Positions 1-10,975 of a stretch of 64,000 nucleotides of DNA are shown here, piece by piece. The stretch lies in IMG/VR virus record IMGVR_UViG_3300032167_000073; one strand, given 5' to 3'. The DNA is from a virus (Duplodnaviria; Heunggongvirae; Uroviricota; Caudoviricetes). The notes beneath the pieces are model-generated. The model saw nothing but the letters and a program-made list of their open reading frames with translations, made no database searches and was not told the origin of the DNA. The stretch's first letter is position 1, and each line of letters opens with the position of its first letter. The position numbers and the translations under genes were made by a program.

Positions 1-1
1 C

Positions 2-205
2 ATGACGCAAATGGAAAAGATCAGGCATACAGTGGTTGCCAGCGGAATTATTGGGCAATACAGGCACGAATGGGAAGTGCATGAACTCTGCGACGTGAAG
101 AGCGAAAGTGTATGCTACGTTCTTTATATCAATAAAGAGAATGTAGGCCATGCCTTTTCCATTTCAAAAGCGCTTGCCATGCTGGTGGAGCAGTTTGACG
201 AATAA
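2..205 (+). CDS. hypothetical protein (5' partial at window edge)
   Basis: ORF running from window start on the common coding strand. Confidence 0.3.
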   Translation: MTQMEKIRHTVVASGIIGQYRHEWEVHELCDVKSESVCYVLYINKENVGHAFSISKALAMLVEQFDE

Positions 206-227
206 CCACATAAAAGGAGTATGAACG

Positions 228-467
228 ATGAAGATACCCGATATCCTGTGGGATTATCTTGATTCCACCGAGCAAGACCCGGACGCGATGAGCAAGGCCG
301 AATTGCTTGAAGAAGCGAAGCACGTTGCATCGCCCGACGGGAACTGGATTCGTATGATCGACGAGCGAGGCGTTGTAATTGAGGACTATGAGTATACGCC
401 GCAGCAGATCGGCGCTTTGACGAGGTTCATTAACCGTCTGAGCAGAGAAGTGGCAAGCGGAGGATAA
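228..467 (+). CDS. hypothetical small protein (79 aa)
   Basis: ORF preceded by AAGGAG RBS; acidic protein. Confidence 0.5.
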   Translation: MKIPDILWDYLDSTEQDPDAMSKAELLEEAKHVASPDGNWIRMIDERGVVIEDYEYTPQQIGALTRFINRLSREVASGG

Positions 468-472
468 ACGCT

Positions 473-880
473 GTGGATATGTGGAAAAGCCAGTATCTTG
501 GCAAGTGGATTTGTCATGATCAGGAGTATGCTGCAAAGAAGTATCTCGATCTGTACGGTATGCCCGTCAAGAGAAACCCGATTGATTACCCGTATTCCTA
601 TGATGAGTACGTGCTGTATAAGGCCAAAGGCTTTAACGAGCTTAGAGTGCATGGTATGTATTCTGACAGGATGCTCAGTTGGAACCGGGACGGCTTTGAT
701 GAGGCTTGTCAAAAGGTTTGGGGCAATCATGCACAGTCCTTTGCAAATCGCAAACCGGAGGATGTTGAACGCTTCCTGTGCCTTTATTTGGGCAAGCCCG
801 TCAAGCTGATGGCGATCTTGCAGGGCTGCAATGCATCCAATGGTTTCCCGTATTGGGCGTTCTTGTTTGAGGGAGGTTAA
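473..880 (+). CDS. hypothetical protein (135 aa)
   Basis: ORF on + strand tightly packed with neighbours. Confidence 0.5.
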   Translation: MDMWKSQYLGKWICHDQEYAAKKYLDLYGMPVKRNPIDYPYSYDEYVLYKAKGFNELRVHGMYSDRMLSWNRDGFDEACQKVWGNHAQSFANRKPEDVERFLCLYLGKPVKLMAILQGCNASNGFPYWAFLFEGG

Positions 881-885
881 GCAGC

Positions 886-1149
886 ATGGCAAGGTGGGGC
901 TATCTGAGGCGTGCATACGCGATCAAGGAGTACGCTTATTACAGGTCGATTCAGGATTATACGCAGGAGGGTGGCAAGTACGCTTCTCAGCAGGAGATGG
1001 ACGCAGAGCTTGATAAACTGCCCTGTGTCGTCGCAGATGTCAAGGACATACTGGAAATGGCAACAGAGCAGCTTGACGATTCTACGGAGCATGCCGCCGC
1101 CTACCGCACGGTCAGGCAGTGCAAGAAGTTCCTTGCCGATTTTGAATAA
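886..1149 (+). CDS. hypothetical protein (87 aa)
   Basis: ORF on + strand, followed by hairpin terminator. Confidence 0.5.
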   Translation: MARWGYLRRAYAIKEYAYYRSIQDYTQEGGKYASQQEMDAELDKLPCVVADVKDILEMATEQLDDSTEHAAAYRTVRQCKKFLADFE

Positions 1150-1157
1150 GCCATTAT

Positions 1158-1185
1158 GCCCGCATCATCGCGGGCTTTAAAAATC
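1158..1185 (+). terminator. rho-independent terminator (GCCCGC-loop-GCGGGC + T-run)
   Basis: inverted repeat gcccgcatcatcgcgggc followed by tttaaaaatcctttt. Confidence 0.5.
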
Positions 1186-1196
1186 CTTTTAAAAAT

Positions 1197-1240
1197 AAAT
1201 CAGAAAAAGTATTGACAAATAAAGCGTCTGGAGTTATACT
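1197..1240 (+). promoter_or_regulatory. conserved phage promoter module, class 1 (AAATCAGAAAAAGTATTGACA-N17-TATACT)
   Basis: TTGACA at 1212-1217, TATACT at 1235-1240, followed by conserved CTAACCaTAGTCAA element. Confidence 0.7.
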
Positions 1241-1284
1241 CTAACCATAGTCAACGAGTTACAAGGCTGTGAGGAGGAAACACC

Positions 1285-2424
1285 ATGAAGAGCACGTACA
1301 TCATCCCGGAATGCGAGCGCGAGACGATCAGCCGCGAGTTTGCCCGCTATCAGCGCAAGGCAGATGCCTACGGCCAGAAGGTCAGCATTTCCCTTGGCGA
1401 TCCCTACGCAAAGCGCATCAGCGTCTACGTGGCGGATGAGATCAACCACTGCAAGCGCAAGGTTGATGATCGCCTGATGGAAGTGTTCGACGTTCAGTTG
1501 GATGCCGAAGTGATCCGAAAGAACGGCTATACTGTCGTCGCCAAGATCGAGCATTCGCCGGATGGCAATGTGGTGTACGCGCTCACAGACGAGCAAAGTC
1601 CGGCATGGCGCACGATGGTTGCCCGCTGCGAGCATTGCGGCGGCAATCACAACCAGCTCACAACCTTCATCGTCCGCGATGAGCAGGGGAACGATAAGCA
1701 GGTTGGCCGTACTTGCCTGAAGGATTATACGGGCATCGACCCCAGCGCGATCCTGAGCCTCAAGCAGCTTTGTGATATCCTTCTCAGAAGCGACGTGTAC
1801 AGCCGGGATTTTTCTAAAGCTCCGGCAAGCCGCCTGTATGAGACCGTCCGCGTGCTGGCTCTGGCGATCAGGGTGCAGAAAGCCTATGGCTATAAGGCCG
1901 CTTCAAAGGTGGGCAGCAACAAGGAAAAGCTGGAAGACTTGATCATCAAGGGCGAAGAGCCAACGGTCAGCGAAATGAACGAGGCCGATCAGATTGCCGA
2001 AGAGATCAAGGCGATGACGCTGGAAACCGCTGCAAAGCATCTTCTTGACAGCGTGCAGACGCTTTTAAAGCGCGGTTACTGCAAGACCTCTCATCTTGGC
2101 TTTATGGCGTATGCACCGCTTGCCTACATGCGCTATAACGAGGCAAGGCTGAAGGCAGAGGCTGAGGCGAGCACGTCCGAGCATGTCGGCGAAATCGGTC
2201 AGCGCCTCACCATTGAACTGTCCGATATGAAGCTCCTGACTTTTTGGCTCAGTGACTACGGCCACACCTACATGTATAAGTTCACGGACAAGGCCGGATG
2301 CGTGTATATCTGGTATGGTTCCAAGCTCATGGAGCAGACAGACAAAATCAAAGCCACCGTCAAGGGGCACAACGAGCGAGACGGTGTCAAACAGACGATC
2401 ATCACCCGCTGCAAAGCAGCTTGA
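1285..2424 (+). CDS. hypothetical protein (379 aa), Cys-His cluster
   Basis: long ORF with GAGGAGG RBS; CEHCGGNH motif; no family recognised. Confidence 0.6.
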   Translation: MKSTYIIPECERETISREFARYQRKADAYGQKVSISLGDPYAKRISVYVADEINHCKRKVDDRLMEVFDVQLDAEVIRKNGYTVVAKIEHSPDGNVVYALTDEQSPAWRTMVARCEHCGGNHNQLTTFIVRDEQGNDKQVGRTCLKDYTGIDPSAILSLKQLCDILLRSDVYSRDFSKAPASRLYETVRVLALAIRVQKAYGYKAASKVGSNKEKLEDLIIKGEEPTVSEMNEADQIAEEIKAMTLETAAKHLLDSVQTLLKRGYCKTSHLGFMAYAPLAYMRYNEARLKAEAEASTSEHVGEIGQRLTIELSDMKLLTFWLSDYGHTYMYKFTDKAGCVYIWYGSKLMEQTDKIKATVKGHNERDGVKQTIITRCKAA

Positions 2425-2438
2425 AAGGAGAAATACCA

Positions 2439-4435
2439 TGGAAAACAGACATCATGACAAGTACATTATGGCCGAGCTGATTTGCACGCGCACGGGCGAT
2501 AAGGGCGGCTTGATCAAGCATTATTTGTGCAGTCTCTCCGGCGAGGATGTCGGAGAGATCATGTGGCGGGAGATCCGCCCATACGCTTGGCAAAAGCCAT
2601 ATACCGTCTATGTGAATTATGTGGATGAAAGGACGTTCGGCCATAGCAAGTTCCAGAGAAGGTCTGAAATCGGCAATTATGATACACTCATTGAGTGCAA
2701 GCGTGCGCTACTTGATCCTGCCAAGGCATATCTTGAAGCAAAGCGGGAGGCAGAGGCGAAGAAGAACAGACAGAACACCTTCACGCCCGCTGCCTATCTG
2801 CCCGCAGGCGAAACGCAGTTCTATCCTACGCCGTCCGATGTGGCAGGCAAGCTCCTGTCCGGCGTGGATTGGCGCAAGGTGCGCACAATCTTGGAACCCA
2901 GCGCAGGCCGTGGCGACCTTCTTGAATTCGCCATGAAGCGCAATGAGAACGGCTTCCGTGGGTATAGCTATCACGATCTGGATGATATCGACTGTATCGA
3001 AATCGATCCCAATTTGCAGGCTATGCTCATCGGCAAGGGGTTCCGTGTCGTGCATGACGATTTCCTCAGTTACTATACCCGCAAGCGTTATGACCTTATT
3101 CTCATGAACCCGCCCTTTGCAGACGGCGATGCACATTTGCTCAAGGCGCTTGAACTGTGCGAAAATGGCGGTCAGATTGCCTGTATCCTCAATGCGGAAA
3201 CCATTCGTAACCCGTATACCAATAGCCGCAAAGCGCTCATCAAGGAGCTGCGCCGCCGTGGTGCGTCTATCCGCTATTTGTCAAACGCCTTTGCCCATGC
3301 TGCGCGTCGTGCGCGTGTGGATGTCGCCCTCATCAATATCAATATCCCGAAGTCCTTACAGGATGATACCCTGTGGGAAGGGCTGAAAAAGGCGAGGGAA
3401 GAGCGCTTTGAATACTTTGGCATGCAGGAAGTTGCTCCGGCCAATCAGGTGGAGCGCCTGATCCGCGAGTATGATATCCTCTGTGAAGCCGGAATCGACC
3501 TCATGAAAAAGTATAACGGCGTAAAGCCGCATATCCATAACGGCAAAGGGGAGTATTCTGCGCCCATTATCAAGCTGAAGATTGGAGATCATGATTTCAG
3601 CGGCAGTAGCGAGGATGTCAATCGTTTCCTGCGCATTGCGCGTGGCCGTTATTGGCGCGAGCTGTTCGATTTGCCGGAACTGCGAGAGCGCATGACTTCG
3701 CAGATGCGCAAGGATTACAGCTCTATCATTGAAGACATGCGGGATTATGAATTCTCCATGTTCAATGTGCAGCAGGTGCTTGAGAAGATCCGCGCCCAGC
3801 TTTGCAGCGGCGTGGAGGAGGCTATCGTCAAGTGCTTTGACAAGCTCTCCAATGAGCATGCCTATCATAAGGATATCGCAAACGATAATATCCATTACTA
3901 TAACGGCTGGAAGACCAACAAGGCGCATTGCGTCAATCAGAAGTGTATCATTCCGACGTGGGGCTGCTTTGCAAAGAGCTTCAAGCCCGACAAGCACGGT
4001 CATTACCGCGATGTGCTGGAGGATATTGATGCGCGTGGCTGCTTCTCTGTGCTGGATGATCTGGAAAAGGCACTCAACTATCTGGACAAGGGCGAAACGG
4101 GCAGCGTCGATCTGTTTTCCAGTCTGCAAAGCGCTGCGACGTGCGGCAGATCCAGCAACATCGTCTGCAAGTATTTCTCTGTTACCTTCTATAAGAAGGG
4201 AACCTGTCATATCAAGTTCCATGATCAGAAGATCGTAGACAGGCTCAATATCTACGTGGGCAGGCAGCGTTCTTGGCTTCCGCCGTCCTATGGTTCCGTC
4301 AGCTATCAGGAGATGGACGAGGAAAGCAGGCGCGTCGTCGATGAATTCCAAGGCCGTGAGAAGTACGAGGAAATCATGCATTGCCCGAATGACTATATGA
4401 TTGAAACCAATGCGATGCCGCTTCTGACGGCTTAA
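2439..4435 (+). CDS. N6-adenine DNA methyltransferase, gamma-class, with large C-terminal domain (665 aa)
   Basis: AdoMet motif I LEPSAGRGDLL followed by catalytic motif IV LILMNPPFADGD; start chosen at ATG after AGGAG RBS (ORF-track start at 2252 overlaps upstream gene). Confidence 0.7.
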
Positions 4436-4450
4436 AGGGAGGGAAACAAC

Positions 4451-4774
4451 ATGGCACGCCGTAGGTCTGAAATCTATATGAATTGCGATGATTGGGACAA
4501 CCTGTGCAAGACCTTTGCAAAGAATCACATTCAGGATATCTTGAAGGAGCGCCGCAGGATGGATATGTATTTCCGCAGGCAGCGCTTCTATGGCGGCGTA
4601 GCCTTTGTTGTGGGCGCGATCCTCATCATTGTCGGGTATTGCCTGAATATGCCCATGCTGCGCGGGCTTGGCCTTGCTGCTGGTCTGGTTGGCCTGTATC
4701 TGTTCATCACGAAAGCCATGGTCATTACGGACGAGTATTATTTTGAGTGCCAATCGCGTTTAATGATTCTTTGA
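4451..4774 (+). CDS. small membrane protein (107 aa)
   Basis: two hydrophobic helices VAFVVGAILIIVGY / GLAAGLVGLYLFI. Confidence 0.5.
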   Translation: MARRRSEIYMNCDDWDNLCKTFAKNHIQDILKERRRMDMYFRRQRFYGGVAFVVGAILIIVGYCLNMPMLRGLGLAAGLVGLYLFITKAMVITDEYYFECQSRLMIL

Positions 4775-4775
4775 A

Positions 4776-4823
4776 AAATAAAGCAGAAAAAGTATTGACA
4801 AAGCATGGAGCTGGAGTTACAAT
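4776..4823 (+). promoter_or_regulatory. conserved phage promoter module, class 1
   Basis: AAAGCAGAAAAAGTATTGACA (TTGACA 4795-4800), N17, TACAAT; downstream ACCTTAGTCAAAG element. Confidence 0.7.
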
Positions 4824-4877
4824 TACCTTAGTCAAAGGAAACAACACCTAAAACGAGATTAACAGGAGATAAAAGAG

Positions 4878-5330
4878 ATGTTTTATTTCAGCACAGAAAG
4901 ACCGATCACACCCGGCTCTCTGCCCAACCATTTAAAGCCGCTTTCCGTCGAGAACTTCCCGGAAAAGACATACTGCCCGGAGATCGACGGCGAGGCGTGG
5001 GGTAAGGTGGAGTTTGAGAATCCGCTTTCCGGCTATGAAGCCATGCTTTCCGAGCTTGTCCCGCAGGGCAGCAGGCATTACTTCGGCGTGCGCTATGTAC
5101 GCCATGGCAGGCAGTACGTTTCCCCTTGCCCTCTGGATGTTGGCCGGGATGGACTTCCTAAGATGCGCAAGATGAGCGCATACGGCATTGAAAAGCCGTC
5201 TAACAAAATCGAGATCCGTACAAAGCCAGAAGAAAAGAATTTCTATGACGTATGGTTCAATACAGAAGCCGAGCGCGATCAGTTTATGGACAAATTGAAG
5301 GAGGAAGCAGCACATGAAGATCAGCATTGA
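4878..5330 (+). CDS. hypothetical protein (150 aa)
   Basis: ORF downstream of promoter module. Confidence 0.5.
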   Translation: MFYFSTERPITPGSLPNHLKPLSVENFPEKTYCPEIDGEAWGKVEFENPLSGYEAMLSELVPQGSRHYFGVRYVRHGRQYVSPCPLDVGRDGLPKMRKMSAYGIEKPSNKIEIRTKPEEKNFYDVWFNTEAERDQFMDKLKEEAAHEDQH

Positions 5331-6537
5331 TGGCAAGCAGTTTAAGGAGGCTGTAGATAGGGCAATGACGCTCATCAAAGGTCGTCCGGTGATTTATCTT
5401 ATGGAGTGCATCAAGCTTATCGCTGATGATTCCGGTGCGTATCTTTTCGCCACCAATGGCCTTTATGCGCTGAAAATCAAGCTGGATGCGCATGTTGTCG
5501 AGCAGGGTGAAGCGTATGTTAATGCCGACGACATGAAGAAGGTATACGCAATGCCCGGTTTCCTCTCCATCGAGGCGGGAAAGGCGTTTGTCGTGCGCAA
5601 TGGCAAGAAGCGCAGCGAGGTTGTCACCCGTGCAGCAGATATGGATCTGGAATGCATGTTCGTCGGTAATGTGAAGGATGCCAAGGATGGTGGGCAGCTC
5701 TTTGCCGTAGGCGCTGATGTGCTTATGTCCATGCTTCGCGCTACGGATTGCGCCAGAAGTCAGGCTGAGGAAAGCGGTGGTCGTGAAGTGCTTAACGGCT
5801 TCAATTTCAATGGCGGTCTGATGAAGCTGGTTGCGCTGGATGGTTATCGCCTGCATGCGGTTAAGCTGGCGGTTGATGAGGTTGATTCTGTCAAGATGAA
5901 CGGCTTTAATAAGGCCGTGCATGGCGATATGTATGCTCATCTGAAGAAGATCGTCAAGGGCAAGAGTGCCAAGGGCGTGCTGCATGTGCATGACTTTGGT
6001 AAGTATATGAAGGTCATCGGCGGCGATTTTGAATACAGCATTTGCTATATTCCCGGCGATCCGCTCAAGGTTGAAAAGATCATCCCTGCGCAGTTTGATT
6101 TTTCCTATCGTCTGAGCGTCAAGGAGCTGTCTGAGATCGTCAAGGGATATAAAGCGAATTGCATTTGCACCGATGAAGTCGGCGCAAAATCGATGCATAT
6201 GCACATTGTAAACGGCCAGCTTCGCACGGGTATGATGCATTCTGAGATTCATACCATGGATGAGCTTGAAGGTTATAGCCCGGATTATGGCATGAACGAC
6301 AAATACTTCCATAGCTTTAATGTCCGCTATGTATATGACGCGCTCACCGCGATCAAGGAGTATGACGATGACGACGTTGTTATCGCTTCCGGCACCAATA
6401 GCTATAATATGATGACAAGTATCAATGTGCATCCGCTGCTTTTGACGCATGGCGATATGCTTTGTCTGGTTCTCCCTGTACGAATTGCAGAAGAGTATAT
6501 TCCGGCCATCAAGAGCTTCATGCAGTCCGCTATGTAA
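5314..6537 (+). CDS. DNA polymerase sliding clamp (DnaN/beta-clamp-like), 407 aa
   Basis: LFATNGLYALKI and VALDGYRLHAV resemble the conserved ATDGHRLA segments of beta clamps; size fits three-domain clamp. Confidence 0.5.
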   Translation: MKISIDGKQFKEAVDRAMTLIKGRPVIYLMECIKLIADDSGAYLFATNGLYALKIKLDAHVVEQGEAYVNADDMKKVYAMPGFLSIEAGKAFVVRNGKKRSEVVTRAADMDLECMFVGNVKDAKDGGQLFAVGADVLMSMLRATDCARSQAEESGGREVLNGFNFNGGLMKLVALDGYRLHAVKLAVDEVDSVKMNGFNKAVHGDMYAHLKKIVKGKSAKGVLHVHDFGKYMKVIGGDFEYSICYIPGDPLKVEKIIPAQFDFSYRLSVKELSEIVKGYKANCICTDEVGAKSMHMHIVNGQLRTGMMHSEIHTMDELEGYSPDYGMNDKYFHSFNVRYVYDALTAIKEYDDDDVVIASGTNSYNMMTSINVHPLLLTHGDMLCLVLPVRIAEEYIPAIKSFMQSAM

Positions 6538-6568
6538 ATATGTGTACATAAAGAAAGGAAAGTAAACT

Positions 6569-7933
6569 ATGAGCAATGTTTCAATGCAGAGAAAAATTGA
6601 ACTTCTCGAACAGGTTAAGCCAATTCGTACTTTACCGAAACTGGATGTTCTGACAACGGATATGGCGGATATGTACTTCGGCATGAGCAAGGGGCGATGT
6701 TCAAATGCAATCTGTACCGGAAAGGCGTTCCGGGGGGGGGTTGATGGATCTCCTTGCCTAATCCATATCACCAAAGATATGCTGATTCAGAGTGGATACC
6801 GTGCAACAGTGGTTTGTAATGGCGTAAAGGAATATGCGCTAGATGATACGCGAATTCTCTATGGAAATTTGACGCGCATTGGTCTGACAAAAGAAGCAAT
6901 GGTTTATCTTGCTGAAATGTTTAAAAAAGCGCCCGTAGCTATTGAATATCGCAAACTGCTGCAAAAGGAAATGGAATGTAGTGAATCTGGCAATAAGCTT
7001 GAAAGCGAAACGCCCATTGCACCTGAAGCCATTGCTGTGCAGAAATCCGAATCTGCTATTGTTGTCGAACCAATCATTGCAGAAGATTCTGAATCTGTCC
7101 TGACCGTCTCCGAAATGAACCGCATGGAATCCGAAAAGCAAATCTCCCATGCCATTCGTTCCTTTGTCAGCGATCAGTTCGGCGAAATCCGAACGGTCAT
7201 GAAAGATGGTGAACCGTGGTTTGTCGCGGCGGACGTGTGCAGGGCGTTGAAGATTAATAACAGTCGTGATGTGATTAAGAGGCTTGACGACGATGAAAAG
7301 AATACCGTCGCTTTAACCGACGGAAATCGCGGCAACCCAAATAAGACTATTATCAACGAACCCGGTCTGTACGCGCTCGTCCTCGGAAGCCGCAAGCCGG
7401 AGGCGAAAGCCTTTAAGCGCTGGATTACCCATGAAGTCATTCCGACGATCCGCAAACACGGCGCGTATATGACCCCGGAGAAGCTGGAGGAAGCGCTGCT
7501 CAATCCGGATGTGATGATCAGGCTGATGAAGGACTTGAAGCAGGAAAGAAAGCTGCGCCAGCAGGCAGAATGGCGCGAGCGTCTTGCAGTTGCAAAAAGT
7601 AAGATTCTGATGGTTGAAGCTCAGGAGTGGGATTACATTGAAATCATCAATGCGCTTATGCGCAAATGTGCGGCTTCGCATTTTGCTGGTCAGTTTCAGC
7701 TTGCTTATGATGAGTTGCATCGTCAAATCCGGTATAAGCATGGTATTGCGTTGAAGAATCGAAAGAAAGCGAAAAACGCGAGTTGGCTATCTACCGCAAA
7801 GCCGGAAGAACTGCCTAAGATTGCGCAAGTTGCTGCAACAATTTGTGAAAGTCGTGGCACGGATATTTCCGATGTAATCAATGATGTTAATGCGAAAATT
7901 ATGTCGCGTGCAAATCGTCGCGGCGTTGCTTGA
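6569..7933 (+). CDS. BRO-N domain protein (phage antirepressor/KilAC-type), 454 aa
   Basis: central region FGEIRTVMKDGEPWFVAADVCRALKI...EPGLYALVLGSRKPEAKAFKRWITHEVIPTIRKHGAY matches Bro-N consensus. Confidence 0.7.
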   Translation: MSNVSMQRKIELLEQVKPIRTLPKLDVLTTDMADMYFGMSKGRCSNAICTGKAFRGGVDGSPCLIHITKDMLIQSGYRATVVCNGVKEYALDDTRILYGNLTRIGLTKEAMVYLAEMFKKAPVAIEYRKLLQKEMECSESGNKLESETPIAPEAIAVQKSESAIVVEPIIAEDSESVLTVSEMNRMESEKQISHAIRSFVSDQFGEIRTVMKDGEPWFVAADVCRALKINNSRDVIKRLDDDEKNTVALTDGNRGNPNKTIINEPGLYALVLGSRKPEAKAFKRWITHEVIPTIRKHGAYMTPEKLEEALLNPDVMIRLMKDLKQERKLRQQAEWRERLAVAKSKILMVEAQEWDYIEIINALMRKCAASHFAGQFQLAYDELHRQIRYKHGIALKNRKKAKNASWLSTAKPEELPKIAQVAATICESRGTDISDVINDVNAKIMSRANRRGVA

Positions 7934-7994
7934 AATACAGCAGCGCTTATGATACAATAATTTGTAATAGGAAACGTTGGAGGAAGAAAGCTAT

Positions 7995-8375
7995 ATGGCA
8001 ATGACAGCAAGAGAATGTCTTGAATTGCATGCGCTTTATGAAAGTACGCCCAAGGAAGTCGTTGCGTCCAATATCAACCGTATTTTCGGTTATTATGATA
8101 TTGAGCGCACGACTAGCCGCTTTAATCCCGGCAACAAGAGAACCAGAGTGCTCTGCAAGATCACCGATACATGCCGATACACCGTCCTTGGCTGGATGAA
8201 TCTGTCGCGTCAAGACGTGAGAATCCCGCTTTTAAAGCTGTGCGTGATTGCGGAAACCTTTGGCGTAAATATTACCGATCTTCTGAGCAGCGATCCAAGC
8301 TGGTATCTGGATAATGAGCAGCTTAGAAAGCGCCTAGATATTCTTGTTGAACATATGACGGAGGAAATAAAGTGA
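7995..8375 (+). CDS. hypothetical protein
   Basis: ORF on + strand; start uncertain (7977 or 7995). Confidence 0.4.
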   Translation: MAMTARECLELHALYESTPKEVVASNINRIFGYYDIERTTSRFNPGNKRTRVLCKITDTCRYTVLGWMNLSRQDVRIPLLKLCVIAETFGVNITDLLSSDPSWYLDNEQLRKRLDILVEHMTEEIK

Positions 8376-8581
8376 AAAAGTTTGGTATTGAGATCACCAA
8401 GGGCAACGACGAACATCTTGTCAAGACCTTTGACGGCAAGGATGAGGCGATGTCTTTTGGCGCGGATTATTTTAAAACCATGAAGCGCGAGGATGGCGTG
8501 CTCACCTGTTTTGAAGGTGAGTTTGACGAGCTTGGAAATCGCGTGGGCGATGAAGAGCGCGTTTGCCATGTGTGGTATTGA
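8372..8581 (+). CDS. hypothetical small protein (69 aa)
   Basis: overlapping start ATGA with upstream gene. Confidence 0.4.
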   Translation: MKKFGIEITKGNDEHLVKTFDGKDEAMSFGADYFKTMKREDGVLTCFEGEFDELGNRVGDEERVCHVWY

Positions 8582-8610
8582 CACATGGCTTTAAAAATTC
8601 TTTTAAAGAA

Positions 8611-8653
8611 AATGCAGAAAAAGTATTGACTTTTGAATCGTCTGGAGTTAAAC
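8611..8653 (+). promoter_or_regulatory. conserved phage promoter module, class 1
   Basis: AATGCAGAAAAAGTATTGACT-N16-TAAACT then CTAACCTTAGTCAAG. Confidence 0.65.
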
Positions 8654-8704
8654 TAACCTTAGTCAAGAAACAACACAACTTAGCAATAGATGGAGGTTAG
8701 CGAT

Positions 8705-10603
8705 ATGTGTAAGGTCACGATGAACGAGGAAAAGAACGGTATTGAGATCCGCTTTGATGAGAAGCCGGACAAGGCTGTGCTGGAAATGCTCAAGGATGGC
8801 GGTTTCCGTTGGAGCCAGAAGCAGAAGATGTGGTACGCCAAGAAGAACGATGAGCGTATGTCGCTGGTCGCTAATCTGGATTCTGTTTCCGTTGAAACCA
8901 AAGCAGAAAAAGTAAATACGCAAGATAATGCGTATGATCTCTTTGAGATGACCAGAACCGATACCATCGGTAACAACGTGGATAAGAGCCTCTCCGCCAA
9001 GGAGATTGCCGCGATCATCCGCAAGCATATGCGCAGCCGTTTCCCGTTCTGCAAGTTCTCCGTGACCACGGATGGAAGCGCCTATAACGCTTCGATCAAT
9101 CTGGATATCCTCAGAACGCCGTTTGAAAAGGGCAGCGAAGAGTTTGAGGCCATCCGCGAGTATTTCAATAAGTACACCGCAAGCTTCAATTATACGGAAG
9201 ACCGTGATCCGTACAGCGATTATCCCGGCACCACCAATTTTTACGGTGGGCATTGCAGCGGCTGCTATCGCTACGTGCAGGGTGAATTCACCGAGGAGAT
9301 GAAGCAGATGTCCGAGCGCTTTATGGCATCCAAGCTGGCGCATAAAATCAGCGAAGACGAGCGCTCGAAGCGCGAATACGAAATGCTTATGGCGCAGGAG
9401 GAAGAGAAGCGCCGCGAGAGCGAGCGCCGCGAAGAGATCCGCCGCGCCAATCATGATCTTGTTGAATCCGGCGCTGTGGTCAAGAATCTGGATACGCCGT
9501 ACTTCCTTGAGAATGTCATCGAGCTTAAACATGGCAAGAATGACGATATTGCCGAATATGAGAGCGAGCATGCCGATAATCCCGGCTCCCGTGTCGCTTG
9601 TCAGGTGACGCGCGAAGTGCATCTGTGCGCCGACCTGTATAAGCTCTTTGCCTCTCAGCTTCTGGATGATTGGAGCTTCATTTCTGGCACGGGTGGTAGC
9701 CGCACAGAGGATATGCGTATCAGCTCTTTCCTTGATTACGAGATGATGACCAAGGACGTGCAGGATACCGTGCATTGGTTCTCCCGCAATTGCGTCGCCA
9801 TCTTCTGTGAGGGCAAGATGATGTGCGTTGTCGATGCGCAGGGTTATACGTATTGCCGCTATGTCTTCTTGGTCGATGGCGCGACTTATATGGCGGATAG
9901 CCACGAAACCAAGCAGGCCATCACCAAGGAAGAGTATGAAGCGTATGCGCAGCAGGCCGACCGCCTTGAGGATGCAAGCGCCGAAATCATCCTTGTTAAT
10001 CATTGGGAAGAGGCGGGCAACAAGTGGAATGTTGAGCGTTTTGAGGAGTATAAGCAAGCGATGATCGCTTGGATGGAGCATAACAAGTTCCCCATGAGTG
10101 TCCATGTCGTCCGCGCAATCCCCTCTTCAGTTGGCGATGAATTCAAGACGGCCATGTATCGCATCTTGCAGTTTACGCAGGGTATCCGTTATCAGATGGC
10201 AAAGGCGGATATTCATCCCGGCCAGAAAATCACCATCGTCAAGATGGATGAATGGCTTGGCGGCGTGCGCCCGATTCGTTGCACGTTTGAGGAGTATGTG
10301 GAATGCCGCTATGCGCAGCATGAAGACAATGTGCGCGTTACCTTCAAGCAGGAGCGTAAGCACAATCTGTCCGCTATGCATATCCATGGCGATGTGCTCA
10401 TCTATGACGGCTATATCCCGGATATCCCGGAAGAACTGATGTGGGATGTGAAGGTGAGGCCGAATGGCGTAGTCACCAAGCTTTCCCGCTTTATGTCCTT
10501 TGACCATAAGCAGTATGACGTGATCATGGAGCATTATAAGAAGCTTGGCTGTAATCTCTTGGTCAATACGATCAATAACGAATTTGCCGACAAGGAGGAG
10601 TAA
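8705..10603 (+). CDS. large hypothetical protein (~633 aa)
   Basis: long ORF after GGAGG RBS; N-terminal GIEIRFDEKP...GFRWSQKQKMWY module, central charged/coiled region; no family assigned. Confidence 0.6.
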   Translation: MCKVTMNEEKNGIEIRFDEKPDKAVLEMLKDGGFRWSQKQKMWYAKKNDERMSLVANLDSVSVETKAEKVNTQDNAYDLFEMTRTDTIGNNVDKSLSAKEIAAIIRKHMRSRFPFCKFSVTTDGSAYNASINLDILRTPFEKGSEEFEAIREYFNKYTASFNYTEDRDPYSDYPGTTNFYGGHCSGCYRYVQGEFTEEMKQMSERFMASKLAHKISEDERSKREYEMLMAQEEEKRRESERREEIRRANHDLVESGAVVKNLDTPYFLENVIELKHGKNDDIAEYESEHADNPGSRVACQVTREVHLCADLYKLFASQLLDDWSFISGTGGSRTEDMRISSFLDYEMMTKDVQDTVHWFSRNCVAIFCEGKMMCVVDAQGYTYCRYVFLVDGATYMADSHETKQAITKEEYEAYAQQADRLEDASAEIILVNHWEEAGNKWNVERFEEYKQAMIAWMEHNKFPMSVHVVRAIPSSVGDEFKTAMYRILQFTQGIRYQMAKADIHPGQKITIVKMDEWLGGVRPIRCTFEEYVECRYAQHEDNVRVTFKQERKHNLSAMHIHGDVLIYDGYIPDIPEELMWDVKVRPNGVVTKLSRFMSFDHKQYDVIMEHYKKLGCNLLVNTINNEFADKEE

Positions 10604-10753
10604 GCACGATGCTGAAGCTGATTCCGAATTGGTTTGATCTGAATTTGACGTGCGCTACTTGTCATATGACAAAGAGCGTCAAATATAAGGTTCGATGCCC
10701 GAAGACCGAAAAGGTCATGACCGTATGCAATCGGTGCGCGGCCATGATGATAG

Positions 10754-10975
10754 GTGATAGCGATGATGCATGAATATCTGATGGAAGTCAGGCACTTCTT
10801 TCTTGGCTATGAGCGCTTTACCGTCAAGGCGCGTAATAAGCCGGAAGCGCTTGCGGCGGCACGGCTTTATGTCTTGCAGGAACCGCGCTTTTCGTGGGGC
10901 GGGAATTATGATACAAACGACGTGCGGCTTGTCATGAAGCTGAAGCCGAAAAAAGGAAAACGAGCACAAAAGTGA
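10754..10975 (+). CDS. hypothetical small protein
   Basis: ORF on + strand. Confidence 0.35.
   Translation: MIAMMHEYLMEVRHFFLGYERFTVKARNKPEALAAARLYVLQEPRFSWGGNYDTNDVRLVMKLKPKKGKRAQK

Noticed and set aside
3356-4753. 465-aa minus-strand ORF (and similar long minus-strand ORFs 5284-6774, 8663-10105, 57013-58395, 53821-54684)
   Set aside because: Each lies antisense to a + strand gene with recognisable protein motifs and RBS/promoter context. They lack their own RBS/promoters, the whole region is transcribed unidirectionally, and their proteins are low-complexity. They are typical shadow ORFs.
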